Shown: positions 49,605 through 60,641, counted from the first letter of the stretch. The stretch is 64,000 nucleotides of DNA from an uncultured Methanobacteriaceae archaeon (GCA_963776515.1 CAVZMY010000002.1:182259-246258), one strand, 5' to 3'. The notes: generated by a model from the sequence alone, not told the origin. Numbers and translations: made by a program.

Positions 49605-50207
49605 TTATCCTAATCTGCTAACCTTTATTAAAGATTCTACAGGGACGTTTTCAACTTCTGAAATGCCTGCTTTATCAATTAATACAACAACAGCTATTGG
49701 TATTGCTCCAAGATCCTTGAATACTCTAGCAGCATCACTAACAGTTCTTCCACTAGTTATAACATCATCTACTATTACCACTTTACGTCCTTCAACAGAA
49801 GCAAAATTACTGCTGATAGCACCTTTGGCATCTTCTTCCATTTTCCGATGTTTTATTGGGTGAAAAACAGATATGTCAGCACCTAATATCTCTGCCATCA
49901 TCGTTGCAAAGGGTATACCACTAACTGTTATACCAACTATCACATCGGGTTCACCATATTTAAGTGCCATATCAGCCATTGCAGCTGAAACATATTTCAT
50001 TCTGATTGAACTCCCACCTAAACTGTTCCAGTTTATAGCAAAATCAATTGGTGCTTTTTCTGACTTATCGTGAGCATTGCTATCCTTTCCCTGTAGTATA
50101 AGCCATCGTGCAGTGTCTTTTGAGACATTTAATTCATCTGCTATTTCCCCGGTCGTAAAACCTCTATTCCTAAGCTCATAAGCCTTTTTAATGAGTTTTT
50201 CGTTCAT
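49605..50207 (-). CDS. gfcR: HTH-PRTase PyrE-like regulator (GfcR)
   Basis: N-terminal HTH ([14 protein letters not shown]) plus PRPP motif [10 protein letters not shown]. Confidence 0.8.
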   Translation of the reverse strand: MNEKLIKKAYELRNRGFTTGEIADELNVSKDTARWLILQGKDSNAHDKSEKAPIDFAINWNSLGGSSIRMKYVSAAMADMALKYGEPDVIVGITVSGIPFATMMAEILGADISVFHPIKHRKMEEDAKGAISSNFASVEGRKVVIVDDVITSGRTVSDAARVFKDLGAIPIAVVVLIDKAGISEVENVPVESLIKVSRLG

Positions 50208-50231
50208 TGATTTTGCACCCCTCGTTCAATT

Positions 50232-51185
50232 TTAACATTCGTTCATATTTACAGGAGTCATTTTCTTTGCAGATTTCATGGCTGCAAGAACAACCTTCAA
50301 GGCATGAATTCCATCTTCCCCTGTAATTTTTGGTTCTTCATCATTTGTTACTGAAGATAAAAATGATTTAAGCTCTTCTTTAAGTGGTTCTTTACGAGCT
50401 ACTTCAACTTTTTGAGCATTCTTTCCATAGACCTCTACTGTTTGGTCTATATAATCTAAAGAAAGAATTCCCTCAACACCAGTGACTTCCAACTGTCTTT
50501 TCTTGTATGGAGTTAACCAGTTAGTTTCTAGAATACCAACTACACCATTTTCAAACTTCATCATGATCTCTGCGTGATCTTCATATTCACATTTTTCAAG
50601 ACGACTGCCCATATTTGCATAAACACGGGATGCAGGGCTGTCCAAAAGGTAAAACATGATATCAACCTCGTGTATTGCGAGATCTATAGTTACACCCACA
50701 TCTTTAATTCTAGGTGGAAAAGGCCCAACCCTCTTGGCAGAGGCAGATACTATTTCTCCAATAACCCCCTCTTCCATAAGGCGTTTAGCCTCAACAACTG
50801 CAGGATTAAATCGCTCAACATGTCCAGTAGCTAACTTAACCCCCGCTTCACGGGCTGCATTAACCATATCTTTTGCCTCATCTAAAGTGAATGCTATTGG
50901 TTTTTCAACTAGTACATGTTTTCCTTGTTCAATTGCACCCATTACAACATCATAATGGTAAGTTGTAGGTACACAAACACTAACCACATCTATTTCGGGC
51001 ATCTTCAATATGTTGTCATAGTCAACAAATCCAACCGTGTTAAACTCTTTTGAAACTTCTGCCAACGTTCCCCTCATAAGATCAGAAACAGCCATTAAAT
51101 TAGCATTTTCAAGTTCAGAATAAACCCTTACATGGTTGTAACCCATAGCTCCGACACCGACTACACCAACATTAACCTTACTCAA
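50232..51185 (-). CDS. Gfo/Idh/MocA oxidoreductase (UDP-GlcNAc 3-dehydrogenase-like)
   Basis: VGVGAMG..H, VEKP, GHVERFNPAV, DVGV..DLAIH. Confidence 0.88.
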   Translation of the reverse strand: MSKVNVGVVGVGAMGYNHVRVYSELENANLMAVSDLMRGTLAEVSKEFNTVGFVDYDNILKMPEIDVVSVCVPTTYHYDVVMGAIEQGKHVLVEKPIAFTLDEAKDMVNAAREAGVKLATGHVERFNPAVVEAKRLMEEGVIGEIVSASAKRVGPFPPRIKDVGVTIDLAIHEVDIMFYLLDSPASRVYANMGSRLEKCEYEDHAEIMMKFENGVVGILETNWLTPYKKRQLEVTGVEGILSLDYIDQTVEVYGKNAQKVEVARKEPLKEELKSFLSSVTNDEEPKITGEDGIHALKVVLAAMKSAKKMTPVNMNEC

Positions 51186-52063
51186 ATATAATCCTCCATC
51201 ATAAGTTTTGCAGCTTTCAAACCCAATTTACTGGCTTCATCTGCAGAACCTTCCACATTAACTCTTGAAAGTACTGTTCCATTTTTATTAAGAAGTACAG
51301 CACAGAGTTTGAGTTTATTCTCGTTTATCCTTGCAGAAACACCCAGAGGCCACTGACAACCCACCCCCAACTCTTCAAGAACCCTTTTTTCTGCGGTAAC
51401 TTCTTGAAAGGAAGGGATGTGATTCAACATCTCTAATATATTTCTTTTATCACTATCTTCTCGAGCAACAACTGCAATTGCTCCCTGACCTGCAGCAGGT
51501 GTGAAATATTCAATTGAAAATCTTTGTTTTATATGTTCTGTTAAACCTAGTCTTTTTAAACCTGCCTCGGCCATTATTGTTGCATCGTAATCTCCACTTA
51601 ATACTTTATTTATTCTTGTATCTATATTTCCCCTTATTGTTTTTATATTAAAATCTTTTTTATGATAGTTGCAGAAGGCTTCTCTTCTAATGCTGCTTGT
51701 ACCTACTACAGCTCCAGAGGGAATTTCATCCCACCCATACTTGGAAACAAGTACCTCATTTGGAGATTCTCTTGGAGGTACAGCAACTATCTCAAGTTCA
51801 CCTTCTAGTTCTGTAGGCAGATCTTTCAGGCTATGGACAGCAAAATCTACATCTCCATTTAATACGGCATTATCAAGCTCGCGAGTAAATATGCCTTTTG
51901 CATCAATGTTATATAACTGGGAATCTTGAATGTTGTCCCCTGTAGTTCTGATAATCTCAATATCTATTTTTTCATCAGTTAATTTTGATAATTCATTAAT
52001 TATACCGTTTGTCTGAGCAGTTGCAAGACCGCTTCCCCTAGTGCCAACCTTCAAAAAAATCAT
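51182..52063 (-). CDS. hemC: Hydroxymethylbilane synthase (porphobilinogen deaminase)
   Basis: GTRGS.LA..Q, AVHSLKDLP, GTSSIRR, RGNIDTR, PAAGQGA, GC..P. Confidence 0.95.
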   Translation of the reverse strand: MIFLKVGTRGSGLATAQTNGIINELSKLTDEKIDIEIIRTTGDNIQDSQLYNIDAKGIFTRELDNAVLNGDVDFAVHSLKDLPTELEGELEIVAVPPRESPNEVLVSKYGWDEIPSGAVVGTSSIRREAFCNYHKKDFNIKTIRGNIDTRINKVLSGDYDATIMAEAGLKRLGLTEHIKQRFSIEYFTPAAGQGAIAVVAREDSDKRNILEMLNHIPSFQEVTAEKRVLEELGVGCQWPLGVSARINENKLKLCAVLLNKNGTVLSRVNVEGSADEASKLGLKAAKLMMEDYI

Positions 52064-52278
52064 CTCCAGTAAGAAAAATTTTGGATATCCCTAAATCATT
52101 AAATTAAATTGTATTCTATTAGATTACGTTTATTGGAATGCTAGTTCTGAATTTAAGATGAAAAGTCTGTGTATGATTTTAAATTTAAGTGATCTTTACT
52201 AACTCATTAAAACTCCTAGTGAATGATTCTTGTATAATCTCTAATAAATGTTACCATGCAAAGTTCTGAATTCTCAAT

Positions 52279-53643
52279 TTATCTATTTGTTAAATCTGAA
52301 AAGTTGGATCTATAAATAATGAGTAAATTTTTAAGGTTGTTATCTATAGCATATTCCATTGCACCATCTAAATCTTCAAAGAAATCTGAATTTCGTTTTA
52401 AAATGTTTTTAACATTTGCTCCCAATTCGTCTATAAGTATTAAAGGGATATTCATATTTATCGTTTCTAAAACATCTGCAACTAATTCTTCATCTATTTC
52501 TTCACATGTAACTCCATATTTACCCCCAAATATCACTCCTACATGGTCCATATTTTCGATCATGGATATGGTCTTCATTATAGAAGTAACATTGAGTCCA
52601 GGATTTATTTCTTCTATAATACGAATTCCATCTTGCTCATTTATTGAAGTTCTTCCTTTCACACCCTTAAAATTATTTAAACCCTCTTTTATTTTTTCAA
52701 TTGGTATTCCAAATGTTAAAGATGCACTCACTGCTGCTAGTATATTAGTTACATGCATAGGTGCTGGTGCAAATGTTGAGACTTCAAATGATTCATTAAG
52801 CATATGATTATTTGATGTTTTGAAATCAACCAGATCAATTTGAAAGTTAGTCTTATCGAATCCATATTGTATATGAGATGCAGTTATATTTGCACGATTT
52901 TTACTATCTAAGGTGTTTCCAAAAGTATTTGTTTTCTCTTTGAATTCTGAGTAGTTGGAATTGAAAGAATCAATTTCACATGAAACCGCCTTGCTTTTAA
53001 ATATTTGTCGTTTAGCCTCACTTGCAGTACTTGATTTATTTGCAATTGGATAATCCTCTATTAAATTTGTTAATATTCCAACATCAGCAAGTCCAGTACC
53101 ACCAAGAGATGTTTCAAATATGCATATTCCCTTTTCATAACCTTCAGCAAGATTCCACGCTTCGATTATACTTGCAGGAGTTATGCTAATATCCCTCTTT
53201 AAAATCTTCCATTTACCATCTTCAACTACCTCAACACCTAAACTGCTTAAAACTAAGGGAGTTAAATCTTTAAATATCTCTTTTAACATCCATACAATAC
53301 TTGTTTTTCCTTTAACACCTGTAACTTCTATTACTGGAATATCTATCCTATCATTTAATAAAAATCCCACGGCTTCATGGTGCGTTAAGGTGACATCATG
53401 ATCGAGTTTGCAGTGAACAGGTGATACAATTGTTAAATCTGTTTTAAGTATTTGATTTTTATATTCTTTAATATCGTCTAAACTTTCAAGAAAGGTTAAT
53501 CCTTTATTTTTGAGTTCTTCAACTCTTGAAGTATCCATGGAGTTATAAATATCTAATGCAAAAACTTCAGTCTCGGGTATTTTCATAAATTCAGAGGATA
53601 TTAATGATCCACCATGTGTCATGTCAACTACTAAAACCTTCAT
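52279..53643 (-). CDS. cfbE: Coenzyme F430 synthase
   Basis: VDMTHGG, SPVH, IEVTGVKGKTS, FETSLGGTG, EDY.IA, INPG, CEE. Confidence 0.88.
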   Translation of the reverse strand: MKVLVVDMTHGGSLISSEFMKIPETEVFALDIYNSMDTSRVEELKNKGLTFLESLDDIKEYKNQILKTDLTIVSPVHCKLDHDVTLTHHEAVGFLLNDRIDIPVIEVTGVKGKTSIVWMLKEIFKDLTPLVLSSLGVEVVEDGKWKILKRDISITPASIIEAWNLAEGYEKGICIFETSLGGTGLADVGILTNLIEDYPIANKSSTASEAKRQIFKSKAVSCEIDSFNSNYSEFKEKTNTFGNTLDSKNRANITASHIQYGFDKTNFQIDLVDFKTSNNHMLNESFEVSTFAPAPMHVTNILAAVSASLTFGIPIEKIKEGLNNFKGVKGRTSINEQDGIRIIEEINPGLNVTSIMKTISMIENMDHVGVIFGGKYGVTCEEIDEELVADVLETINMNIPLILIDELGANVKNILKRNSDFFEDLDGAMEYAIDNNLKNLLIIYRSNFSDLTNR

Positions 53644-53647
53644 GGAT

Positions 53648-54481
53648 TTATACGTCCCCTCGTAGTTTCTCCCTAACTCTTCTGTAAAAATTTTTGCTTA
53701 ATCTTACAAAATACGAGTAGTTTTCTGCTTTTTTAAATATAAATTCATCCATGTAGTTAATTTCTTCTTCAAATTGACCGTCAATGACAGCTACAGCCTT
53801 TTTACCTTCGCGTAGGAATTTAACTTTTATTACACTCTCATTTGGTACCACCGTAGGCCGTGCTCCTAATTTAAATGGACATATAGGGACTATTATGAAA
53901 GCACCTACCCTAGGATCAACTATAGGACCGCCTGCTGACATTGAATATGCTGTAGATCCACTAGGAGTTGCTATTATAAGACCATCAGCCCGAAGTTCTT
54001 CCACAACTTCATCGTCAACACTTATTTCAAAATGAAGCATTTTAGCAGGTTTTTGAGTCATGATTACAACTTCGTTAAGTGCTTCGTGAAGTTCCTTGTT
54101 GTGCCATACCCTGAGCTGGGTACGTTTATCAACAAAATATTCGCCGGCTAAAACTTGTTCCAATGCTATGAACGTCTCTTCAGGATCTATCTCGGTTAAA
54201 AAACCTACCGCACCCATATTAATCCCAAATAATGGGATTTTTTTATGGTTAATAATTCCCTGTGTTCGAAGTACAGTTCCATCACCACCTACAGCAACAA
54301 CCATATCAACATCCATATCTTCGAGATCGGAAGCAATGTTATGGTATTTGTTAAGTATTGATGCAAGATTTGATTCAATTAGGGTATCAACATCTTTTTC
54401 AATGAGAAATTCAACTATTTTACCTGCCAGTTCTACTGATTTATCGATATCAAAACGTGCCACAACCCCTATACGCATCAT
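53648..54481 (-). CDS. nadK: NAD kinase
   Basis: GGDGT.L, GIN.G.VGFL, ALNE, DGLIIATPSGSTAYSMSAGGP. Confidence 0.93.
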   Translation of the reverse strand: MMRIGVVARFDIDKSVELAGKIVEFLIEKDVDTLIESNLASILNKYHNIASDLEDMDVDMVVAVGGDGTVLRTQGIINHKKIPLFGINMGAVGFLTEIDPEETFIALEQVLAGEYFVDKRTQLRVWHNKELHEALNEVVIMTQKPAKMLHFEISVDDEVVEELRADGLIIATPSGSTAYSMSAGGPIVDPRVGAFIIVPICPFKLGARPTVVPNESVIKVKFLREGKKAVAVIDGQFEEEINYMDEFIFKKAENYSYFVRLSKNFYRRVREKLRGDV

Positions 54482-55332
54482 AAACCTCCCAAAATATCTA
54501 TTATTCCCTTTTGAAAATCTTTGTTACATGAAGCTATTATCGAAGTTCTATCCAGAACATTAAGTCTACTTTTTAGCGATTTGCATCTTTCGTCAGTTAC
54601 AATCCCCTTAGATTCTTCTATTATTAATTTTGCTGCGGCTATATCAACTATTCTTAAATTACCTCTAACATCTAAAAAAGCATCATAAGTTCCGTCAGCA
54701 ACGTAACAAAGTTCTATTGCTACTGACCCTAGAATTCGCATGCTTCTCACAGTTTTACAGAGTTTGTCAATCTTAGACATGTCGGCTCTGTATATATAGG
54801 CCCCTATCGAAGAACCCGACACATCTTTTCTTGAGGATGGTTTTATTGGGTTCCCGTTAAGTTTCGCTCCCATTCCCTTTTGAGCCGTGTAAATATCTTC
54901 TGTTGCAAAGTTTTTTACTAACCCAATTTCGATGTCCCCGATTGTGAGTTCATGCAAATCTTTTATGTTATTTGATAAACCCATAGGATCGGCAACTGCT
55001 ATGGATATTCCGTATGCGGGTATGCTTTTAAGAGCATTTCTAGTGCCATCTAAAGGATCAACAACAAAAACTGCTTCGGAAGGTCCCTTTCCTATTTTTA
55101 CTTCCCCAATTTCCTCACTTATTAGAGTTATTGGTCTTTCAGTACCTTCTAATATTTCTACTACCTTCTCTTCAGCCACAAGGTCTATGTAATTAGTAGG
55201 AGTACCATCAGCACCCATTTTACTAACTTTACCACCTTCTTCTGTTCCAACAAAGGGTTTGATAGCTTCATGAGCCTCTGATAGTATGGTGTTTGAAATA
55301 TCACTCCAAAACTTGGTGTCTTCTTTGTCCAT
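54478..55332 (-). CDS. Inositol monophosphatase / FBPase / NADP phosphatase family protein
   Basis: GADGTPT..ID, SEE, DPLDGT.N, R.LGS, DIAAA. Confidence 0.9.
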   Translation of the reverse strand: MDKEDTKFWSDISNTILSEAHEAIKPFVGTEEGGKVSKMGADGTPTNYIDLVAEEKVVEILEGTERPITLISEEIGEVKIGKGPSEAVFVVDPLDGTRNALKSIPAYGISIAVADPMGLSNNIKDLHELTIGDIEIGLVKNFATEDIYTAQKGMGAKLNGNPIKPSSRKDVSGSSIGAYIYRADMSKIDKLCKTVRSMRILGSVAIELCYVADGTYDAFLDVRGNLRIVDIAAAKLIIEESKGIVTDERCKSLKSRLNVLDRTSIIASCNKDFQKGIIDILGGL

Positions 55333-55367
55333 ATATACTCCTCGTATTGTAAATAGAAATTTTATTT

Positions 55368-55811
55368 CTAACCAATGTAGACAACTGATGCCACTACAGC
55401 ACCCTGCTTTTTAACTATATGGCTTTCATCTGCTATCTTTATTTCGTTAATATTGAGTCCTCTAACATCCATCATATATCTTACCATAGACTCTGCTTCA
55501 TTCCTAACATCTTCAGGATCTCGGTTGATACCTGTATTCTCCACAACACAACCAAAATAATCAGAGGTTGCAAGGGCTACGGCAGCAGATATTAAATCAC
55601 CTTCAACATCGGATGAAGTATATGCTAGTACACAATTTACCATATCACCTGGAGGAAATTTTGGAACGGGAATCACTTCCGTACCTTCAGGGAGTATGCT
55701 TGAAACCTTTATAAGATTAATATCACCAATGTTTGCATTTAATAATGCATTATCAAACGCATTCAGTTTTGTAGGACCTTCAGCCTTTCCAGAAGTTATT
55801 GAAACTTTCAT
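55368..55811 (-). CDS. pdaD: Pyruvoyl-dependent arginine decarboxylase
   Basis: LNAFD.AL..A.IG..NLI.VSSILP with Ser-Ser self-cleavage site. Confidence 0.9.
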   Translation of the reverse strand: MKVSITSGKAEGPTKLNAFDNALLNANIGDINLIKVSSILPEGTEVIPVPKFPPGDMVNCVLAYTSSDVEGDLISAAVALATSDYFGCVVENTGINRDPEDVRNEAESMVRYMMDVRGLNINEIKIADESHIVKKQGAVVASVVYIG

Positions 55812-56161
55812 TTTGTATCACTTAAATTTGAATAAATGGATAATGGTTAAAAATAACATGTTCATATCCTATTATTAATAGAGGGTTATCTATAAAAGTT
55901 TACTTTTTTTGATTATCTAACATCTTTCTATATCAAATTAAACCTATACTATAGGTAAAGAAGTTTGAATAACAGTATTTACTTTATATAAAAATTTTTT
56001 ATTCACATCAAATAATATCAAACAAGAATATTTCTCGTGAATATCATTATACAGATTATAAATCTAGAAAATATATGGATAATCAAAGTTCAGAAATAAT
56101 ATAAGTGTCTTTACATAGAATTAATTTCAGAATACAAAAATTTGTACAGTGTGAGATTAGA

Positions 56162-56371
56162 ATGGATAACAAAAATCAGGTCCCAACTAGCCGTTTATAT
56201 GTATCTATAGCCATTCCATTTATTTGGCTTCTATTTTTAGCATTTTGGCTTTTCTATTATGCCACGAATTATAATATAATCCAAAATATAGGAATATTCC
56301 TTGCTTCAATAGTAATTGTTGCTATTTTAGAAGTTATCATTTGGGTGCCTTGGGGTATAAAACAAAAATGA
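56162..56371 (+). CDS. Small two-TM membrane protein
   Basis: Two hydrophobic helices, QNIGIFLAS...WVPWG. Confidence 0.7.
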   Translation: MDNKNQVPTSRLYVSIAIPFIWLLFLAFWLFYYATNYNIIQNIGIFLASIVIVAILEVIIWVPWGIKQK

Positions 56372-56771
56372 AAAATATAACAAACCTATTGAGTTGAGAA
56401 TGTACTATACTTATTAATTTATTAAGGAATGTCTTTGAGAACGTCCATTAATTTTTAAACAAAGAACTGTCCCCCATTTCCCTGTAATAATATTAAATAA
56501 ACTATTTGCTTTTAAAAAGATGCATTCTTAAGAATTTTATATGTAAGAATCTTAATTACATTGAATTATAAATTATTTTACATTTTTATGAAGAATAATT
56601 CTATTTTTAGAGGTAAATGTTGATTAGATTTAAATATTTGTCTCCACAAATAAAATTATTTAATATAGGTATATAACCAAAAATCTGTGGTTTATAAATG
56701 CTTTTAACTGTTTAACCGAGTAAAACACAGTGATCGAACCCCCTCCAACTAGAAGTTAAGGAGTAATTTTA

Positions 56772-56978
56772 ATGAAATTCAGAAAATCCGCCGAAAACAT
56801 ATTAACATCCCAAGAAATCTTAAACCAAGCTAGTAAATGTAAACCTTAAGAATTAGAAGATCTATTAAACCAAATTCAAATAAAACTAGAACACATTAAC
56901 AATAAAAACATAGATCGTGATCTACTAAGAGCAAAAACTATAGTTACAAGTAGATTAGATTCTAATAGGAGTAAGTAG
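56772..56978 (+). pseudogene. Small helical protein interrupted by an in-frame TAA
   Basis: AAGGAG SD + ATG; MKFRKSAENILTSQEILNQASKCKP*ELEDLLNQIQ...RDLLRAKTIVTSRLDSNRSK; stop at 56847-56849. Confidence 0.5.
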
Positions 56979-57219
56979 CAATATATTCTGCAATTTTATC
57001 CATATGATTTATTCTTGTCATTTTTCTCGAATTTCGTGCGGCAATTATCGATGCGTATCCCGTATTATGATTATTACATTTGAACTTACAAAGTTGATTT
57101 CTAAGCCAATTGTTATACCATTCGTTATACATTGGATGATTGTAAAACTGCGCTGATTATTATCTGTAATTCATAATTAAAGGATTATTAGTACAATCCT
57201 CCCAAATATGCTCAATTAT

Positions 57220-59013
57220 TTAAAAATAGTCGGTAAATTCATTATCTCTTTTTAGAATTGTGAAATAGAATGTAGATCCTTTTCCAAGTGCTGATTCAAC
57301 CCAGATTTGTCCTCCATGGTTTTCTACAATTCTTTTTGATATTGATAAACCTATGCCTGTTCCAGGATATTCTTCCCGTGTATGTAGTCTTTTAAAAATA
57401 CTAAAAATCTGTTTTTGATGCTGATTATCAATCCCTATGCCTTTATCCATCACACTAAACAACACTTCATTTCCCCTATCCTGGGCAGATATATGTATTT
57501 CTGGAGTATTATCACCCTGGAATTTAATAGCATTTGTTATCAAATTCTGTAATAATTGTATAATCTGGGTAGGGTCACCTAGAATGTTAGGTAAATAATC
57601 GTGTGTAATTTGTACATTATTTTCTATTATATGGGGTTTTAAATTTCTTAAAACATCTTCCAAAGCTAATTCCATTAGAACTAGTTCAAATTCCCGATTA
57701 TCTGTATTAAGTCTTGAAAATTCTAATAAATCATCGATTAAATCCTTCATACGATGAGCACCATCAACAATAAAACCTATATAATCATCAGCATCGGCGT
57801 CAAGGTGACCTTTATAACGTTTCTCTAAAAGTTGGGTGAAGCTGGTTATCATCCTAAGAGGTTCCTGCAAATCATGAGAAGCAACATACGCAAATTGCTC
57901 TAATTCCTTATTTGAAATTTTTAATTCATTTACTAGTTTTCTTAGATTATTCTGAGCATGTCTTAATTCATCATTTGATGTCTGAACTTCCTCAGAAATT
58001 GCTTGTAACTCTTCATTTGCAGAACTCAGCTCTTCAGTAAGATGTCGTTCTTTATCTAAGCGTTTCTTAATCTCTCTTTCAGCTTGTTTTAGATTGGTTA
58101 TATCGCGAACCAAAGTTTCTGTGCCCTGAATTTGACCATCTTTATCGTAATAATATTGGGCATTTTGTAAAGCAAAGAAACATGTACCATCCTTTCGTAA
58201 AGCTTCACTTTCATTACCCACTATTCTATCATATTTGTTGAGCTCACTCAGGACATACCTTCTATCTCTAGGATTATTATAATAAGATATCGCAGAAGTA
58301 CCTATCATTTCTTCTGGACAATCATATCCATACATACGAGCTGCAGAAGGGCTTGCCATAATAATATTGCCTTTATTATCTGCTCTAATATATGCATCTT
58401 GAATATTTTCAATAATACTTCTATATCTTTCTTCGCTATCCCTCAACGCTTCTAAACTACTATTCAGCTGTTCATGAGCATTTTTTAATTCTTCATGATG
58501 TTTTTGTTGGCTTAAATCTGTTATTACTACATAAACCCCTTTCAAATCTTCAATAGTATTTACAGATATATAGACTGGTAAAACTTTACCATTAAATGAT
58601 TTGATACTTATTTCACCATTACTTTTTGTTTTCCAACCTTTATCAAAAATGGAATTATATATTTCTAGGTCGTTAGGTTGCACAAAATCAGATAATCTTT
58701 TCCCAATTATATTCTCAAGAGGAACTTTTAGCATAGAAGCTAATTGTATATTACCATATACTATGGTATTATCCTTGGTTAATGTTGCTACTCCTTCATT
58801 CATCTCTTGTACAAGATTCCTGTAGAGAGAATCTGCACTTTCTAATGTGTAAACCTTAGGAATATCCGATCCTTGAGGAGTTACAATCGCATCAATTTCA
58901 CCATTAATAATAGCATTCAGTGTCTCTTCAGCTTCCTCTAGTCTTGCTTTTAATTCTATATTTTCATTTAAAAGTCTTTCTTCCTTGGTTTTTGAATCAG
59001 CAATATTGGACAT
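57220..59013 (-). CDS. PAS-PAS-coiled-coil sensor histidine kinase
   Basis: Two PAS domains, ELEQFAYVASHDLQEPLR H-box, QNLI.NAIKF, D.GIGI, F.RLH, GTGIGL. Confidence 0.95.
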   Translation of the reverse strand: MSNIADSKTKEERLLNENIELKARLEEAEETLNAIINGEIDAIVTPQGSDIPKVYTLESADSLYRNLVQEMNEGVATLTKDNTIVYGNIQLASMLKVPLENIIGKRLSDFVQPNDLEIYNSIFDKGWKTKSNGEISIKSFNGKVLPVYISVNTIEDLKGVYVVITDLSQQKHHEELKNAHEQLNSSLEALRDSEERYRSIIENIQDAYIRADNKGNIIMASPSAARMYGYDCPEEMIGTSAISYYNNPRDRRYVLSELNKYDRIVGNESEALRKDGTCFFALQNAQYYYDKDGQIQGTETLVRDITNLKQAEREIKKRLDKERHLTEELSSANEELQAISEEVQTSNDELRHAQNNLRKLVNELKISNKELEQFAYVASHDLQEPLRMITSFTQLLEKRYKGHLDADADDYIGFIVDGAHRMKDLIDDLLEFSRLNTDNREFELVLMELALEDVLRNLKPHIIENNVQITHDYLPNILGDPTQIIQLLQNLITNAIKFQGDNTPEIHISAQDRGNEVLFSVMDKGIGIDNQHQKQIFSIFKRLHTREEYPGTGIGLSISKRIVENHGGQIWVESALGKGSTFYFTILKRDNEFTDYF

Positions 59014-59019
59014 TTACAA

Positions 59020-59376
59020 TCACTTTTTAGAAGATTTTGATCTAAAGTCGAGCCCAATTAATAGTTTTTCTTTATCAGATAAATCGCCTACAAACCTTCT
59101 AATAGGTAGTGGTAATTCTTTGATTAAAGTAGGGGCTGCTACAATTTTTCCTTCTTTGGCAAATATAGGTTGTTGGTAAATATCTATAATTTCGAGTTCA
59201 CATTGACCTTCCAATTCTTCATCACATACTAATTGTAAATTTTCAAGAGCTTTTTTCGATCTAGGATTCATACCAGCTATAAAAAGACGTAAAACATATT
59301 TTTCATCCTTTTTAGATGTTTCAAGAGCTTCCTCAAATTCTTCTATTCTATTTTTTTCTTCATCCATCATAACCAC
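59020..59376 (-). CDS. kaiB: Circadian clock KaiB family protein
   Basis: YVLRLFIAG..P.S..A..NL...C, LEIIDI..QP..A....I.A.PTLIK.LP.P.RR.VGDLS. Confidence 0.93.
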   Translation of the reverse strand: MVMMDEEKNRIEEFEEALETSKKDEKYVLRLFIAGMNPRSKKALENLQLVCDEELEGQCELEIIDIYQQPIFAKEGKIVAAPTLIKELPLPIRRFVGDLSDKEKLLIGLDFRSKSSKK

Positions 59377-60162
59377 GTTTATGGATAAATATACACAGAT
59401 AATAACAATAATAATACATTAAATAATTTCATTCAATACTAACAACAATACTTAATTAATATACTATAAAATATTTAAAATCAGTTGTTAAAATAGTTAG
59501 GATTAATATTATTAATATATAATGATACCCTAATTGGTAATTGTAATACCTTGTTTCTAAAGTACTAAAAATAAATTCAGTAAATATTGATCTATATTAA
59601 TATGATTCTTACCATTATTTGATACATAAAGGTTTTTATAATAATTTAATCGCTATACACTTACTGAAATTTAAATAGATAAATATTAACATCATTTAAC
59701 ACGTTATGGTCAACAATAACCCTAAAATATAACAATTAATCAATTATCTCCGGTTTTATAGTTTTTATTAATGGGTTATTTAATAAAACTACTTCAAAAG
59801 AATATAAAAATTACAACATGATTTAAAGATACCGAAACTTGTTTAAAGTAAAATTAATAGGTAATATGTAGTACAATATTTCAATTATGCTAAAAATATC
59901 ATAAATGAGAAATTATTTATAATCTTGTTCTCTAATTACAATATTGAGAGCCAATAGCTATATGTTAAGATGTAAACATATTTATAAAAGTTTACATATC
60001 TAAACATAAGATAGGATAATGATACTATACATGCTATTACATAATATAGTAAAGATCATAAATATATTAATATGAATTTTGTTGATCTCTTTTAGATTTT
60101 ATAAAGATTCAAATCTCTTTAATAGTTTATTGAGAATCAATATGGATATTTGGAGGTAAAAA

Positions 60163-60555
60163 ATGTCAAAGAAGGTAGTAGAAGTTAAAACCTTAAAAGT
60201 AGGTAAATATGTAATTATAGACGGTGAAGCATCAAAAATTATCAGTATTCAAACATCATCACCAGGAAAACACGGAGCTGCAAAGGCAAGAGTTGATGCT
60301 ATGGGAATATTCGATAACCAAAAAAGAGGTTTTGTTAAACCAGTTGACTCAAAGTGTGATGTTCCAATGATCGACAAACGTTTAGGACAAGTTCTGGCCT
60401 TGATGGGAGACGATGTTCAATTGATGGATCTTGAAACCTATGAAACATTTGAAATTCCAGTACCTGATGAACTTAAGGGCAAACTAAATGAAGGTTCTGA
60501 AGTGGATTTCATCATAGCAATGGGTAAAAAGAAAGTAATGAGGATAAAAGATTAA
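60163..60555 (+). CDS. eif5a: Translation factor aIF5A
   Basis: [10 protein letters not shown] hypusine loop, QLMDLETYE. Confidence 0.97.
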   Translation: MSKKVVEVKTLKVGKYVIIDGEASKIISIQTSSPGKHGAAKARVDAMGIFDNQKRGFVKPVDSKCDVPMIDKRLGQVLALMGDDVQLMDLETYETFEIPVPDELKGKLNEGSEVDFIIAMGKKKVMRIKD

Positions 60556-60641
60556 GTGGATTGTGGTAAACCCATAATTCCCATAATTAATCATCGTTGA
60601 ATAAATTCATAGTTTTGGAATATTAATTAGCCGAGAATAAA

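Noticed and set aside
53648-55332. Frameshift-split bifunctional NADP phosphatase/NAD kinase
   Set aside because: The junction has a GGAGG SD and an overlapping ATGA start/stop, typical of two genuinely coupled genes.
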